From: Octopus vulgaris
Taxonomy: Eukaryota
Length of the DNA: 64,000 nt
Assembly: GCA_951406725.2 (NCBI GenBank)
Contig: OX597818.1
Coordinates: forward strand, 68,138,001-68,202,000
Direction of reading: 5' to 3'
The notes under the pieces were generated by a model. It did not search any database and was not told where the DNA came from. It saw only the letters and a list, made by a program, of their open reading frames with translations. The position numbers were made by a program, and so were the translations under genes. Shown here piece by piece: positions 41,442 through 57,201 of the stretch; position 1 is the first letter of the stretch; each line of letters opens with the position of its first letter.

Positions 41442-41806
41442 ATATATATATGTATGTGTGTGTGTTCGTGTGGGTATATACGTGTGTGTGTGTATGTATG
41501 CATATGTCTGTGTGCTTGTATCTTTCTCTCCTTTATGTACTACTAGATTTGAACTTTGTTCTCCCTCTCAAATATCTGTATGGCTCCTGATTACTAACTT
41601 ACTGTATACAAACGCATCATACAAGTATTACTTTTGTATTGCTTGATTCTCTGTCTAAAGGATTTCTTATAGAAACTTTCTTGCATGTATACTTCCTGTT
41701 AGCAAATGAAACATGTGTAATGGTGAATAAATTATACTGAAACATTTTCCCAACATCTTTTGATATGATTGTGTGATTGTATATATGAATATAAATATGA
41801 AAATAC

Positions 41807-42119
<313 letters not shown>

Positions 42120-43144
42120 GAGAGAGATGGACAGATATTTGGATACATACAGATTGAAACCAAATATAAACACTACACAAATCTAAATATGTAAATCATT
42201 GTGAAGTTATTTGATGTAGAGAGAAGCAAATATTCTAAAACCATGACATCGATGCTTGGCTTATGAGTGATGGTTTATAGACACTGACTTCACAATGATA
42301 TCTTAAAATATATAATTTTCTTGTTACCTGATTGCGAAAGTAATAGCCTCATCCATATGTATCTCTACTCAGACATAGATTTGCCAAACTAAAATTCTCT
42401 TTCTAACATTATTTTTTGATGTTGAAGTGTTTCCCAAGACGGATTTCTCAAGTGTAAGAAAATATATTTACACAGATGAATAAACACACGCACAAACACA
42501 CGCACACACACACGCACGCACACACACACACACACATACACACACAAACACACACACACACACACACAAAGACACATACACACACTCATACATACAGACA
42601 TACACACTCAACCGAACGGATATTTTAACACAAGCATATACACTGAAAAGGGTCGTGTGCATTCATATGCATCTATATTTGAGCTTATATATACACATAT
42701 GTATGTATGTTTATATGTGTGTGAGTGTGTTCTTGGAAATATATATATATATATATATTGTCGTCACTTCTCTTTTCTTTATAGATGGGATTGCATGACT
42801 CAATGGATAAGGTGTTGCACTCACAACTGTGAAACCATGGTTTCAATCCCTGGTGGTGCATTGTATTCTTGAGCAAAACATTTCACCTGGCATTTCTCAT
42901 CGATCACGTTCACACGTGACGCGTAGTACGATGAGCATGTGTTCAGGAAGCATCGATTTGATGGGAGACAGTGACCTTATGTACATCACAAATATTACAA
43001 CACTATAAACACACAATTTAAGCAGGTTGTTCAGCATCATAACAGAACCCTCTTTCTCGTTGCTCACACGTGACTATCGTTCATCTTTCTTTTCCTCACG
43101 TGACCATCTTTCTTTTGAACGGACGTATAAAAGAACGAACGTGT

Positions 43145-43178
<34 letters not shown>

Positions 43179-43528
43179 TCTGTCTTTCCTTCTTTCAAGG
43201 AATCTTTCTCCCAGCGTTCACTATTTTCATCTCGTTCTGATCTAAATACCCTCCATGTTCGTTTTCGTTTGCTTTCATTGTATGCCTCCACGGTCCTGTT
43301 TTTGCTCCCGACTTTGACCCTCCCAAAATCCTAAATGTTATTTTAGAATTTACGGGGGCAACTGCCTTTAAAGACTCATATTGTCGTTGAATGCTCGAAA
43401 TGAGGAGTAGATAGACAACCGGCAACAGATGAAGGGTCCTTTCTCTGTGTTTACTTGTCCATTTTACCGTTTTGTTCTTGTTGTTTACACATATTTCATG
43501 TTATTTGCACCGTTTGTGACGTCCTGTA

Positions 43529-43982
<454 letters not shown>

Positions 43983-44174
43983 GTATATATATATATATAT
44001 ATACAGAGAGAGAGAGAGAGAGAAAGAAATAGAATTATAGTCACACACACATGCTCATGCACATACACACACATTTTTATCCAATGATTGCTCACACAGT
44101 ATTTGGATTATAAATACTTCATATCAAATATTGGAAACCACTTCAAAGCTGTCAATATGTTTTTTCTATCCCCA

Positions 44175-44205
<31 letters not shown>

Positions 44206-44479
44206 TAAATATGTTATTGGTGAAAATAAGTCTCACACACATGCACAACAATCATACAACAAACACGCACATTTACATACGTATGCACATATACGCACAC
44301 ACTCACTCACTCACATACACACATATGCACATAATTATCTTTAAATCCTCGTTATATCAGTAATCTAGTAAACCTGTTCGAGTATTATACATCTGCAACT
44401 GTTGTGAATTGTCTTCTTTCTCTCAAGTCTGGGGTCCTTGCTACTGATGCCGGTTACTCCTTGTGACATGTGACTGAGT

Positions 44480-45250
44480 GTTCCCTTTTTCTCGGTCGCC
44501 ATAACTTTTGCTACATCTATATATTATTTTCCAACGACGAAATAAAAGTTCCCATAACAAAAGGAAACGGTATGTGCTGTCATTCAAGAGAGAATTACTG
44601 CAAGATCCTGAATTTAGGGATTGCTTTAACAAGATTAAAACGACGAAGAAGCCAGCTAATATTGTAAACGCTGCAATGTTAGGCTGAGAAGTGCAAATAA
44701 ATTCATACAAAGGAAACACAAAATGTAAAATGTTTTGATAGAACTAAATCTAGTGTTGATATTTCTCAATTCAGGCTGGAAAAGAAGCCAATCCCTGAAC
44801 AAACAGCGAATAGTGAATGGCTTATTACAGGCTATTTTACTGAACGTAACATTCCCTTTGCAAACATTGATCATCTTCTTGACAGTATATAAGACAGCTT
44901 CTCTGGACAGTAAGATTGCGGCAAAAACTATCCATGAAGAAGAAGCAAAAAAACATTTCGTGTGTCATTCAGCGAGGAATAATCTTTCAAGAAATATAAA
45001 ATGAAGTGAGGTTCAAATATCTGCTTGACACACGTTTTCTGTCATGAGGAAAGAACAATAATTTCAGTCGGTGAAATTGTAGCTGTGATTGTGAAATACT
45101 TGGATTGGAAAAATCAGGAACACGTTGTGGCATTATAAGATACTGAAGCTTAGTAAAGAATAAATATTCCTTTAGAAAATACTGGATTCACAAAAAATAA
45201 ATGTTTTTCCATGGTGTGCCCTGAAATTGACCTCCAGAAATGGTTGAAAT
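44480..45250 (+). pseudogene. Decayed hAT-like transposase fragment
   Basis: GYFTERNIPFANIDHLL and DSKIAAK resemble the hAT EHNIPF...DH...FPDSKIA block; NIPLEN; frameshifted. Confidence 0.55.
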
Positions 45251-45397
45251 AAGATGTGAGGTCTGCTTATTATAAGAGCGAGCTGTCAACCCTTTGCTTT
45301 TTGTGCTAACATTGCCATCAGCATACTGTCCTCATTCTAAGGTCTTTCTTAAACAAAGATTTAATACCTCGCTGTTATCACAACAGCAAGACACAAA

Positions 45398-45560
45398 GTG
45401 CCGGTGTGGCTCTGTGGTAAGAAGCTTGCTTCTCAACCATATGGTTCTCGGCTCAGTGCCACTGCATGGCACCTAAGGGAAGTGTCTTCTGCTATAGCCT
45501 CGAGTTGGCCAATGTCTTTTTAGTCGATTTGGTAGAAGGAAACTGATAAAAGCTTGTCAT
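45398..45560 (+). mobile_element. SINE 5' half
   Basis: gtggctctgtggtaagaagcttgcttctcaaccatatgg...ctcagtgccactgc. Confidence 0.8.
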
Positions 45561-48199
45561 ATATATATATGTATAAATATATATATATAGAGAGAGAGGA
45601 GGAAGATGGGGAGAGAGAGGATAGACAGACAGAGAGATAGAGAGATCTGGAAATGAATAACCTCGTTTTGATGAAAATGAAGCTTACTAACACCGATCAC
45701 GTGATGTCTAGTAAAAGAATACACTCAAACACAAACAAACACACACACACTCCTTGTTATGATATGGAAAGTTGTCAGCCTGCTCTCGGTTTCCCTTAAG
45801 TGACTGTCCACAGTCAAAAAAAGGGCTTACTTTGATGAAAAACTCAGTGCAGATTGCTATCGTCTTATATGATTTTTCCCCTCGTCAGTCAACCCAACAT
45901 AATGATTTCTATATCAGACAATGTTAAAAATATGTAAAATATAACTTGATATAACCTGCAACTCATATATTACCATGTGTCTCTGTGTATGTGTGTGTGT
46001 GTGTGTGTGTGTGCGTGCGTGTTTAAAGACAGATATGAGCACCTTTGCTATGTGAGCAGTAAAGTCGATGAAATAACCTTTCCCAATAACTTACAACACG
46101 GACACAAAAGACAATTAATGACATGAAGAAAACAGATATGATTATCAAGGAATACAGGACGTGCCAATTAACAGATAGCGCCATTACTTTGGAACACAAT
46201 TCCTCAACAAAGGAGATTCCGCAAATTAGTTAAAGTACATTCCGCTGAAAATATATAAATTTCTTCAACTCTGCCCGCCCGAAACCACTAACGAGAGAAG
46301 TAATCAATGCAATAAGATTTTTCAAAAAGTTTAGCTGATTATTTTTGCTTCTTTCATATTGCCTCTCGTTCAGAAAATACTTGGCGAAATTAATCATACA
46401 AAATACAGAATATTGTCCTTGAGTGACCGATGTCCATGGGCAAGGCCTAATGAAAGTTTCCACTTTCTCTCGGTGTTTTCTAGTAAGAGTCTATTACATT
46501 TCTCTTCGCATAAAGCTGTCCCTTCGTTGTCAACAACCTTGCGAGATGTATAACGATATGGCTAGCATTAATGGCGAACCTAAAGGCATCCAATAACACT
46601 GTAAAGTGGTTGGAGTTAGGAAGGGTATCCAGTTGTAGAAACCAGTCCAAAGTATACGTTGGAGCATGAAGAAGTCCTTGGAGTCCATTGGATTCTGTCC
46701 CAACAATGGCGGGAAGGAACGGAGATGGTGATTTGTCTATATTTGTGTCGTGTAGTTTTTAGGACTTGCAGCACATAAATATTAAATAACATTTGTACAA
46801 ATATATGCGGGTCTCAACAAGATTATTTTAAGAAGATCGATAATTAATCATTCACTAAAAATTCTCTTACTCTTTCCATGGTACTGATGTTTATCTAAGG
46901 AAAAAGGCCAATGTATTAGGTTGATATAAATTCGACCATTCTTATCAAATGTATTTCTGTTAGGACAAATACAGTAACGCAACTTGCTTGGTTCCCTAAC
47001 AAATCCCCCGACCCCATTTCCCTAGATTATTACATTTTAGTGCGCCCACAAAAAATGTGAAATGCAAATTTAACCTTGGTGGGATTAAATTTAGAGTTCA
47101 GATTATCCAAACAGCTGCCATGAAACTTTCTTAGCCAAGGTTGTAATAATTCTATCAATTCAACACATTTATATTCTGTAATTGTTTCCCATTTCATAAG
47201 TTTCCAAACAATATCATTTTCATTGGTTTAATATATAGACATCGTGGATGCAGAGCATTGACGAAATATTCGCCTTGCTCTACATGGAAAATACTTTCTG
47301 TATTTGTTTAAAATTATTATTGTGGTTTAAAAATCTTATTGCTATCATAATATGCATTTATATGTTTAAAATTGTTATTGCAAAAGCATTAATATTATTA
47401 TTGGAATCATTCATATATTTGTAAAACCGAAAGGAAAACTATAAAGTTGGCAAAAGTGATAATGGTGCGTTATATGCCTCCATCACCCTATATAATATTT
47501 CCTTTAATCCTTGTTAAAACGAGAGAGAGTGAGAGTGTTATCCAAATAAAAATTCAACTAAAAGAGACTTTATCATAATTGAATAAAAGTTTCTATTTCT
47601 TTGGTATTTTCTCTTTGTTATATCTGCCCGTTACTTGCAATACAAAGTGATACGTGCTTATCGTTATATTTTTGTCTTGCCCTTTGTAATTAGATGATGA
47701 CGCAGGAAGTAATGAATAAAAACGATGAATTTAAAGTGGTTTTATTACATCATTCAGTAACATATTGGTGTCCACAAATACATAAGAGACGCTGGTTATA
47801 GCTGATCACTTATTTACAGCTTTGTATGAGTCGCTGTTTTTAAAATATAAATGGAATTTTTACATCAGACATTATGTTCAAAAGCCATAAGTATGTTACA
47901 CTCCTTCCTGTAGTTTTCTATGAGTGTGTGTGCATGAATGTGAGTGTATATATACAATATTTATATATATATTTATGTGTGTGTGTGTGTGCGTATATGT
48001 GTGTGTGTGTGTGTGCGTATATGTGTGTGTATGTATGTATGTATGTATGTATATATGTATATATATACACAAACGCACATGTATATATATGTGCGTGTGT
48101 GTGTGTGTATGTATCTATACCTGCATGCATCTGTGGGTGTATCAACATAACGGTAAATGATAGATGCCGGAAAATCTCCAAAACCAGAAATCCTTAATT

Positions 48200-48620
48200 A
48201 AGTATAATATTTGCATAATTAATCTAACAATGAAGACAATCGTGTAATATCAATCTTTACGAATAACAAAACTACCATTTTCCATAAAAACTTATGGAAT
48301 GAACGACAACTCTGAAGAAAGCAACCCAAATACAAAAGATTCACAGCCAACAAACATATGAAACGTATTCCCATCATCAGCTGCCTAACGAATATCACTA
48401 TGGTTTTGACACATGGCAAGCACCATTCAATCAAGGAGTGTTCACAGCGATAAAATCGAAAGACTGCCCAAATATTAACAGAGATGTAACATGAGTGAAA
48501 GATTAAAGTAATATTTCCATTACGTCTGAACAACTGTTTATACGACAAAGACGAACATTAATTACAAAAATATGGTTCGAAACTTATCGCTACACATCTT
48601 AGAAATCAAAAATAAAATTA
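48200..48620 (+). pseudogene. Decayed PLE endonuclease-like fragment
   Basis: ccatcatcagctgcc..acg..ta...tatggttt block shared with 52440-52520; IFP...KDEH.LQKY end resembles a GIY-YIG C-terminus. Confidence 0.4.
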
Positions 48621-48837
48621 CTATCTCAAAAACAATTAAACAAAATAGGAGAAAACTAAAGGTAACGGGCACACTTAACTGAACCACCAACACATAACAG
48701 ACATGTCGCTCAAACACTCTATAAAACATTTCAAACAAGAAAACATACTTCAAACACTTCCAATCAAATGCATAGAAACAATATGGATCCTAATCCTGCG
48801 ACTACAATCTTCTAGAATAAACTAGCATACATCCATG

Positions 48838-48912
<75 letters not shown>

Positions 48913-48951
48913 CTGTATATATAAATATGTGTGTGTGTGTATGTATGTATG

Positions 48952-49009
<58 letters not shown>

Positions 49010-49055
49010 CATATATATATATTTATATTTATACATACATATATATATTTATATT

Positions 49056-49097
<42 letters not shown>

Positions 49098-49118
49098 ATA
49101 GATAGATATAGATGTATG

Positions 49119-49189
<71 letters not shown>

Positions 49190-49379
49190 TCTCTGACTAA
49201 AAGAAACAACCAGAAATCTTGTATGCTGTATCACCATCCACGCTGTGAAAACCTGTAATTAGTACAGCGATATTCAATTTTACAGAACTCTTATTATTAA
49301 GGAATTCCAAAAAGACAACCAACATACTTCCCTGTCCAACTTCTCCAACATTAACAGTCAGGGCAAAAGAAATGATATT

Positions 49380-49700
49380 GCTAACATACTAATGATCAAA
49401 AACAGAATGGAGACTTATGTGTTTAAAAGACCGGGCATAAATTTTTAAAGATCATAAGTTCATTTTTGTGACTTACACATCCGTTAGGTTAATTTGCTCA
49501 TCAAAGCCCGGCATAATTAGAAGAAATAAGTTAATTATTGATCAATATATACTGGTGTTTAGGAAGAAAACAGAATGGAGTTTGTGGTCTAATTCCTTCC
49601 AAGTTGTAGATTGGTTTAAAGCAATTAATAAGACATTTACTAAATTTATTTACTACTAATTTATTTATATTATACTCCTCTATTTACCTTATCCTCCTCA
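49380..49700 (+). pseudogene. Decayed PLE reverse-transcriptase fragment
   Basis: VRLICSSKPGI...KLIIDQYI...WSLWSNSFQVVDWFKAINK.TKFI matches the PLE RT region upstream of motif A. Confidence 0.65.
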
Positions 49701-50189
49701 ACAAGGACGTTATCTTCGCTGACAAATAACCACAAACCTCTATACACCATATATATATATATATAATACTGCCAGCTAGAAAAATTACTATAGAATTTGA
49801 AGGAAGATATTCTGCTAAGCTAAGCGAACCTAATAATTTTGTCGTAACCATTGATCCTAGTCACATATCAAGTTACTAATGTCTTGAGAATTTATAGATT
49901 AGATTGCATAAACAAAGAATTCCTGGGGACAGAGGAGATTTTTTTATAGAGACGACTGCTTTGGATAGGGTTGGAAATTGAAACTGTCTTCCCTATTCCA
50001 AAGGTAATTAATGGAATTGCACCTAAGGACGGTAGAAATGTACACTAGGGCTAGGTACAACGCAGTTAGTAGATTAGGTGATAATTATATCACAGCTAAA
50101 GAAATGCACGGTGCAATATGGCGGTGCGAATTCAGTTGAAACAATCAGAACTGATCTGGATTTTTATGGAATGGATAGTCCGTGCACTC

Positions 50190-50383
<194 letters not shown>

Positions 50384-50829
50384 ATGCTAACTGTGGCAAC
50401 AAATCTAAGAAGAGTAGTGCAGGTAGGAATACCTGGTATAAGGATCAGGTAATCACAAACGGCACAGGTAAATTCTTCAGACAAGTTTATCCCTTTGATG
50501 CATTAGTAGCAAAATTTTCTACAGGTAATCTCAAAAATGTGCTTACTCGACCTCATTTAATGCAGCTGATATCATAGCAGGCGACAGCACGCGAAAATTG
50601 AACGCCTTCGAGGCAAAAAAAGCAACTAGCGCTCATTATGAATCAATATTTAGGTCTATGTTTAATGAAACAAATATATCCAATCAGTAGAGAGTGAGTG
50701 TTAGTATCTAGAATGTATCGAGTCAATATACAGGGGTTATTAATCTCCCAATAATTTCATATAGAGAATAATTGTAACGCTAATACAATAAAGGGTATCT
50801 TAAATAACTATAGTTATTGGGGACCAACA

Positions 50830-51190
50830 ATTTCCTCTTGGACAACCAATATCTAAAGAAAAATATAGTTTATAAATGTTCTGAAAATACACGTGGGGAA
50901 GTATATTATTACATATGGGCTAGAGCTTTAAAATTCATATTTAGATTACATAACCCCACTTCGTCCTTTAAATATGAACGATAAAAAGTGTTACGTATTT
51001 AACAAATTTATACGGAGACTGGAGGGGAAAGAACTTAAATACTCTCTTGCGAGGTCAATGATAGGAGGCGTTCCTCTGCATAGTGGAGAAAACTCACGGT
51101 GTTTTTTGTGACTAGAGGAAACACTTGAACTTCATAAATGTAACTCCAGTTTAAGAAATAAGGGTAATGAACTTCCTATTAGATGCTCAC
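50830..51190 (+). pseudogene. Decayed PLE GIY-YIG endonuclease
   Basis: PLDNQYLKKNIVYKC...YYYI...RLHNPTSSFKYE...RCFL.LEET...LRNK. Confidence 0.65.
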
Positions 51191-52348
51191 ATTTATAGAG
51201 TAGAAGATTCTTAAATGTTCTAAAGAACTTAAGTGATTGGTTTACCCTGGGGCAAACCGATAATTTCTATAACTGAATTACGTTACTTTAATTCTTCTGT
51301 TTCCTATGAACAAAATTGCTTGGAATCCTGTCCTAACAAACCTGAATCAAGATTGATTAATTCGATACTTGAATCATATTCTAAAATACCTCTTCCACAT
51401 TTTTTTACCTACTTATTAGCTTCCAAGTGCTCCGTTTGTAGCCGGATAGAACCCTGATTTCGAATCGTCGTCTTATATTTCTCACTTTTAATGTGATGTG
51501 TCTTTTTCTAGAATATATGGCGTTTATCAAAATTCTTTCTAACTTAATTTGATTTTTTCCTCCATAGATTTTCTTTAATGTAATTTAACGTTCACAAAAC
51601 TGAATTTCTCTACTCATACAAAGAAACGATAGTTTTACTGTACATTTTTATTACAGTCCTTAAAAATTTGGGTTATCATAACGCCCACTTCAGCATACAG
51701 TGTACTTATTAAAACCAGTAAAGACACGACTATCTCTGACACCCTGCTACGTACTCTCTTTACTTACGGTGACTAGATTATTCCATTCGTCACGTGGAAG
51801 GGGTGTACCATTATTAGTAATTCCCCACAACATCTTCCCCTTTAGGTTTTTCTCAGGAAATGCCATTTTATTTAGCGATAATATTTTTATTCACCCCACT
51901 TCCTTTTTTTGAGTTTTAATTTTCGTATAATTTAATATTTGTTGTGCTTGGCATCTATTTTCAGGAACTCTGTGTTTTCTTTTCCTCTCCCTTGCACGCC
52001 TGGGTTCAATCCCCTGCAGTGGCATTGGTCCTCGGAACTTATCGTACAACCATTCCATCGGTTCCTCCAACTTCTTTGGTTCGCTTTCCACGAATTTCTT
52101 TTCTCTTGGTTCCTGTGTCTCTTTTGTATGTCTATTCTACTTGATACTCAATACATCATTTTACCTGTGCATTTGGAAATTACGCCATCTTCCCAACTCT
52201 TCCATTACTGGCTGCATCTTCAGGTGAACCACATATGCCTACATAACAAAGTAACTCCGAGTTCCCGGGGATAACTGTCGGCCTTTTGTGTTTGTCTTAT
52301 ATATAAGTTTGTTCTTTTAATACACACACACATACACACACACATATA

Positions 52349-52390
<42 letters not shown>

Positions 52391-52635
52391 AAGAATGTGT
52401 TATAATACTATTCCACAGTCATACCAACCATCCAAAATACCTCCATCATCAGCTGCCCTACGGATAGCCTTATGGTTTCGGCACCTCGGCAGTACCATTC
52501 AATCCGGCGGTGTCAACAACACTAAAATAAGTTTTGTTAGGGAATAAACAAACCAAAGAAACCACAACTTTCAAACACATTTACCCAATGTACATCCGTA
52601 TCGATAAATGAATTCTATACGTAAATTACAACCAC

Positions 52636-52865
52636 TCCTAAATACATAAAAAACGGGAAAGAAAGACAGCATGAAAAACAGCAACGCGAGGATGTGGTGC
52701 ATGCAAATTATTAATTAGACGCTTAGAGAAGGAAAGAAAGAGTGGTTGTTTTACGTTTCGAGCATAGCTCTTCTTCAGAAACAGGAGACATAGGAAAGTC
52801 CAAAAGAAATGGAAAAACGAGTGAACAAATCGCCAACAGTCCACGTGTAGTTACATCTTGGATAT
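52636..52865 (-). mobile_element. Penelope-like pLTR with intact HHR, opposite in orientation to the PLE-like fragment at 52388-52635
   Basis: Homologous to 12400-12570. Confidence 0.75.
52748..52782 (-). ncRNA. Minimal type I hammerhead ribozyme with canonical core
   Basis: GUUU-CUGAAGA-A-GAGC UAU GCUC-GAAAC-GUA-AAAC; all core positions intact; stems I and II perfect. Confidence 0.85.
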
Positions 52866-53609
52866 ATATATATAGGTATAGGTAAGTATGTAGGTAGGTG
52901 TCTCCTTGAAAATTCATCTTCCCTCGTTTGGAATCCTTACTCATTCTCTCCATGTTTACCCTCATAGTCTGCATTCGTCCTCAATCCCTCTGACACGACT
53001 CACCTTCCAACACTCTCCTTTCCTTTATCAACAGCGCCAAAATCTAATCCCCTCCCGTTTCTTCTTTCCTGTTACACGTTCGCATTCAATGTTACTACAC
53101 CACTACCTCCCTCAACGCTCACAACTATTGATTTGTTCAACTCGTTTTTAGACTCACTCGTCACCTACCTAATGTCATCACGATTTTCTCTTTTATGCTC
53201 CATCTTTTATAGGGATCATATTAAGCCTTTAGCCTTATTTATTTAAAGGTGATATCACTGGCGCCGGAGCTAACAAATAAAAAAAGCACCCAGTACCCTC
53301 TGTAAAATGGTTAGCTTTAGGAAGGTTTTCTAGCGATGGAAACATCACAAAGCAGACATCAGAATCTGAGGAATTTTCAACACGCCCGTTCTTAATGAAC
53401 TTTGCAAATCAGGCAAATAAATAAAACAGACATTAAACATTGTTGTTGTTGGTGATGTGTATATATATATATATATTCGTATATAGAGAATCACCCCCAC
53501 CACACATACACACATATGTACAGATTCCTTATGCATACACACACACCAGTACACAGAAAGACATTCTCACATATACATTATATATATACATTTGAGCGTG
53601 TATATATAC

Positions 53610-53667
<58 letters not shown>

Positions 53668-56600
53668 GAGCACGCATGCACACATACACACATGTGTGTG
53701 TATACATACATATAACCAATAAGTACCCACGATTTGGTTGAATGAGCAATTTTTATGAGCCACCGCTAAATAGAAAACAACCAATAAAATAAGCAAAGCT
53801 GAAGAGGAAGACATCTGAGAACAAGAATATAATAAGTATATTTAATATAGGTAATAGCTTCCCTATGTTATATTCGTTGCTTTTATATCTGTATTGTTGG
53901 TAGATGTTTCAAATATACCCTCCGGGTGAACAAATGTACGAGCAAAGTGATTCTATGGAAAATAAACTGATATGGGAAATTATAATATAATGTAATAACT
54001 ATGTCTGTCTGATAAGGGAAATTATTATATAATAGCTAAACCGGGTTATAGTTAAACTGTGAAATATAGTTAAACTGTGAAATAGTTTCTACATGTACTT
54101 GCATTGGCCATGTCAGTACATAATTTCACCTTAATGCCACAGGAAATATTTCCGATGTGAATAATATTGTCGCAGACATACAGCTGCAAATTTCATGCTA
54201 TAGAGGCAACTTAACTTATCGAGATTCTTATTTGAAATGTTTAAAGATATGTGGAAAATACAAAAAATACAGTATTTGATAAAATTCTTTGTCAGCTTAC
54301 ACATACATGTAATATTTTAGTACTGAATATCCGCATCATTTCTCTAATACAATATACACACACAAAACACGCCCACACACACATACATCCATGTTCATGT
54401 AAGTGTTTATATATCTATATAGCTGTGTGTCTATCTATCTATCTATCTGCTTCGCTATCGATCTATTTTTCGATCTGTATGTTTGTCTTTCTACCTCTCT
54501 CTGTACTTGTGTGTGAGTTTGTATGTGTGCAAGAAGATAGAATATATTCACAAGAGTAAAAGTACAAAGAACTGAAGTTGAAAATGCACTCGGGTTCTTT
54601 AAGATTTACATTGATATATTTGGCTTCACAATTACATAACTTTCAAAAGTAGTATGAGATAGAGGAACATGAAGCCATGCCATAACTGTCTCATTTTTTA
54701 AGTAGAGTTTGAAATTTGCACTCATTAAAGCACAGTTTGTTTGGTTCAAAATAGTCATGAGGTCAGGCGAAAGTAAGTTTATTCCTGTGAATGTGTCATA
54801 AACCAGGGTGAATAACAGATTTTCAGAATAGCAAAACATAGAAAAATAGATTACTTGCCTGTGTTCGAATGACATTGTTATATATTTGTATGGATGCGCA
54901 TCGTCAATATGTTTGCTCGTAAGAAAAATGGTGCAACGTTGGTGATTACGTCATTGGTCAATGCTTCTTCTCGAGAGGTTGTTATAAGTTATAAATTTTG
55001 CAGCCATGGGTTGTACTTTTCAATAGTTTTTCTTCATTTGTCTTTGATCTCTGTTTCTGCCAGGAGAGAGTTAAAGTGAGAATTCTTGAACTTGAAGGGT
55101 TTGTTTATTGCACATAGCACCATTTAGTGAATGGAATCTATCTCGTATTGGAGTTTTTGCATTTTCTAACGATGCCTAGTCACTATGCTTCTCAAGAAAA
55201 GTTGCTTTTCTCTTACCTAATCTTCATAGCATACATTACATTTAATCTCATCAACTGAAATTTTAACGGAAGGCAAAGTGATTTATTTCATGTCTTGTAA
55301 CATATATCCTGAATTAAATTTTTACAAGATGCCTTCTTTAAGACTGACGCAGATTCTCCAGTCAAAGCCATTGTAGTGGTCTACGTAGCTAAATAGTTGA
55401 ATGATCTCCCTTCCAAGAAAGAATATATAATAACCTCCCTTTACTAAGTTTCTCTATGCAACTGTGTCATGAGACGTGATTCTTAATTATTCAAGAAGCT
55501 TAGTGCTTCTCTTGGACGTTTCTTGTGTGTCTAGCTTTCCATTAATGAAAAAAACAGCTTGCTAATCCGTCTCTTCGCTTCTTAGTCGACTAGACTTAGA
55601 GCCATTCACATCATTTCTATGTCCGTCTATTTCTCTACACCACATGACTAAAAACCACCACTTAGCTGTTAGCTCTACATTTTCTATCTCTGAACTTTCC
55701 TGCATAGATTACTTCATTCAGCTAAATTCTACGTTTTGATTATGTATCATCATCGACCAGGAAATAAAATATATTTTTATGTAGTAAATATATAGTTCTT
55801 AAATGTATTCTTCATCCCTATATGAACTCTTATAATAATATACACGCAGCCATATCAACACCTGGTACTGAATATATATTCCCAGTACACCTTCATACAT
55901 TTGGATATCGGTATTGTGTTTTTAGGGAAGAATTTAACACGGGTAATTTTTGTTAAGGATTATTGCTCTTTTTTTCAATTCCTTACTTTGTGTATTTTGT
56001 ATGCGTTTTTCACTCTTAAGTTTTGCTTCAATAGTAGGAAGTTTTCACGAGAAATGTTTGCTCCTGAATTTCTTTGGTTGTTTCATTATAATAATGGACA
56101 TGTCTGGATTGGTTTTGTCCTTCATAATTCTTGATGTTCATTCTTTCATGAATCAGATAAAATTTGTTAAGATAGATTTTCTTCAGTTTGATGCACTTCC
56201 TGTTGCCAATCGTCACTTGCTTCCCAGTGAGGTAATTCTTTGGCACATCCAAATCCATTATCAATAAATTTTGTTTGGATGCTGTTTCCAAATAGCAATC
56301 GTCTCATTTCTTGGAGTTTTGTTTCCAAATTTCAAAATTCAAAGCAATTGATTGTATTCTTCGGAGTCGATTAAACAGTAAGTTTGTCTTGGATGACTGG
56401 AAGCAAATACCACACGTTGTTCAGTTTGTCAATTTGTATTGGATATCAGTTTCGATGTTTGTCTGATAATGATAATTAAAATCACCTGGAATATTTTAAG
56501 TAAATACTATCGTAAGATTTATTGTTGTTTATAATTAGGGTCTTGAAATCAATAAGTTGGTTAAATATTTGGCTCCAGATGATAAGGCACCAATCTAAAT

Positions 56601-56994
56601 AACGCTTCTAGTTACCTAACAAGTCTTTATGTGGATGCTCGTGGCTTCGTGGTTACGGTGTCGCCCTTCTGATCGTAATATTCTGGTTCTGATTCCCAAA
56701 CCAGGTAATTCATTGTGTTCTGGCACAAAACACTTCGTTTCACTGAGTTTCGGTCCACCCACCTGGTGAAAATGAGTAATCATCTGCCTGGGATACATTT
56801 CTGAAAGAATTGATGCTTTATCATAGATGACATCGTCCTTATATATGATTATCCAGGTATTCCATAAGCAAATTACAGATCCCACACAGAGGTACACATA
56901 TGAGCATGCATACATACACACACGTCTACATAGATATATGCATTCACACACAGGTACACACACACACATACATATAAGTATGTATATATATATA

Positions 56995-57201
56995 TTGGTA
57001 AAAACGGTAAGACAACAAAAGAAAGAAGGAGACCTCGATATTATGTAAATAGAGGAATTTATCTGTAAATGTAATATGTGACAATTATTCGGTAGCCAAG
57101 ATAGAAGTGAAGAGATGGTGGCGTGGATTTCCACCTCGGCATCCGAAACTCAGAGTTTTATCATGGCTACCGAATAATTGTCACATATTATTTCACAGAT
57201 A
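56995..57201. mobile_element. Fold-back element (arms 57060-57106/57156-57201) enclosing an HHR-like core, inside (TA)n
   Basis: Loop reads gUGAAGA-GAUG..GUGGA/UCCAC..CAUC-C-GAAAC-UC A GA-GUU-UUAUC. Confidence 0.75.

Noticed and set aside
42900-43110. Three CACGTGAC E-boxes as a promoter
   Set aside because: One lies in a SINE remnant and there is no supporting gene structure
51200-51730. Possible PLE RT thumb remnant on the minus strand
   Set aside because: Only a weak FTG-like resemblance; too decayed to call
52195-52230. Minus-strand CUGAAGA as a hammerhead
   Set aside because: No closing stem II or GAAA box follows
54560-55800. Possible decayed DNA transposase on the minus strand
   Set aside because: No motif could be read with enough confidence
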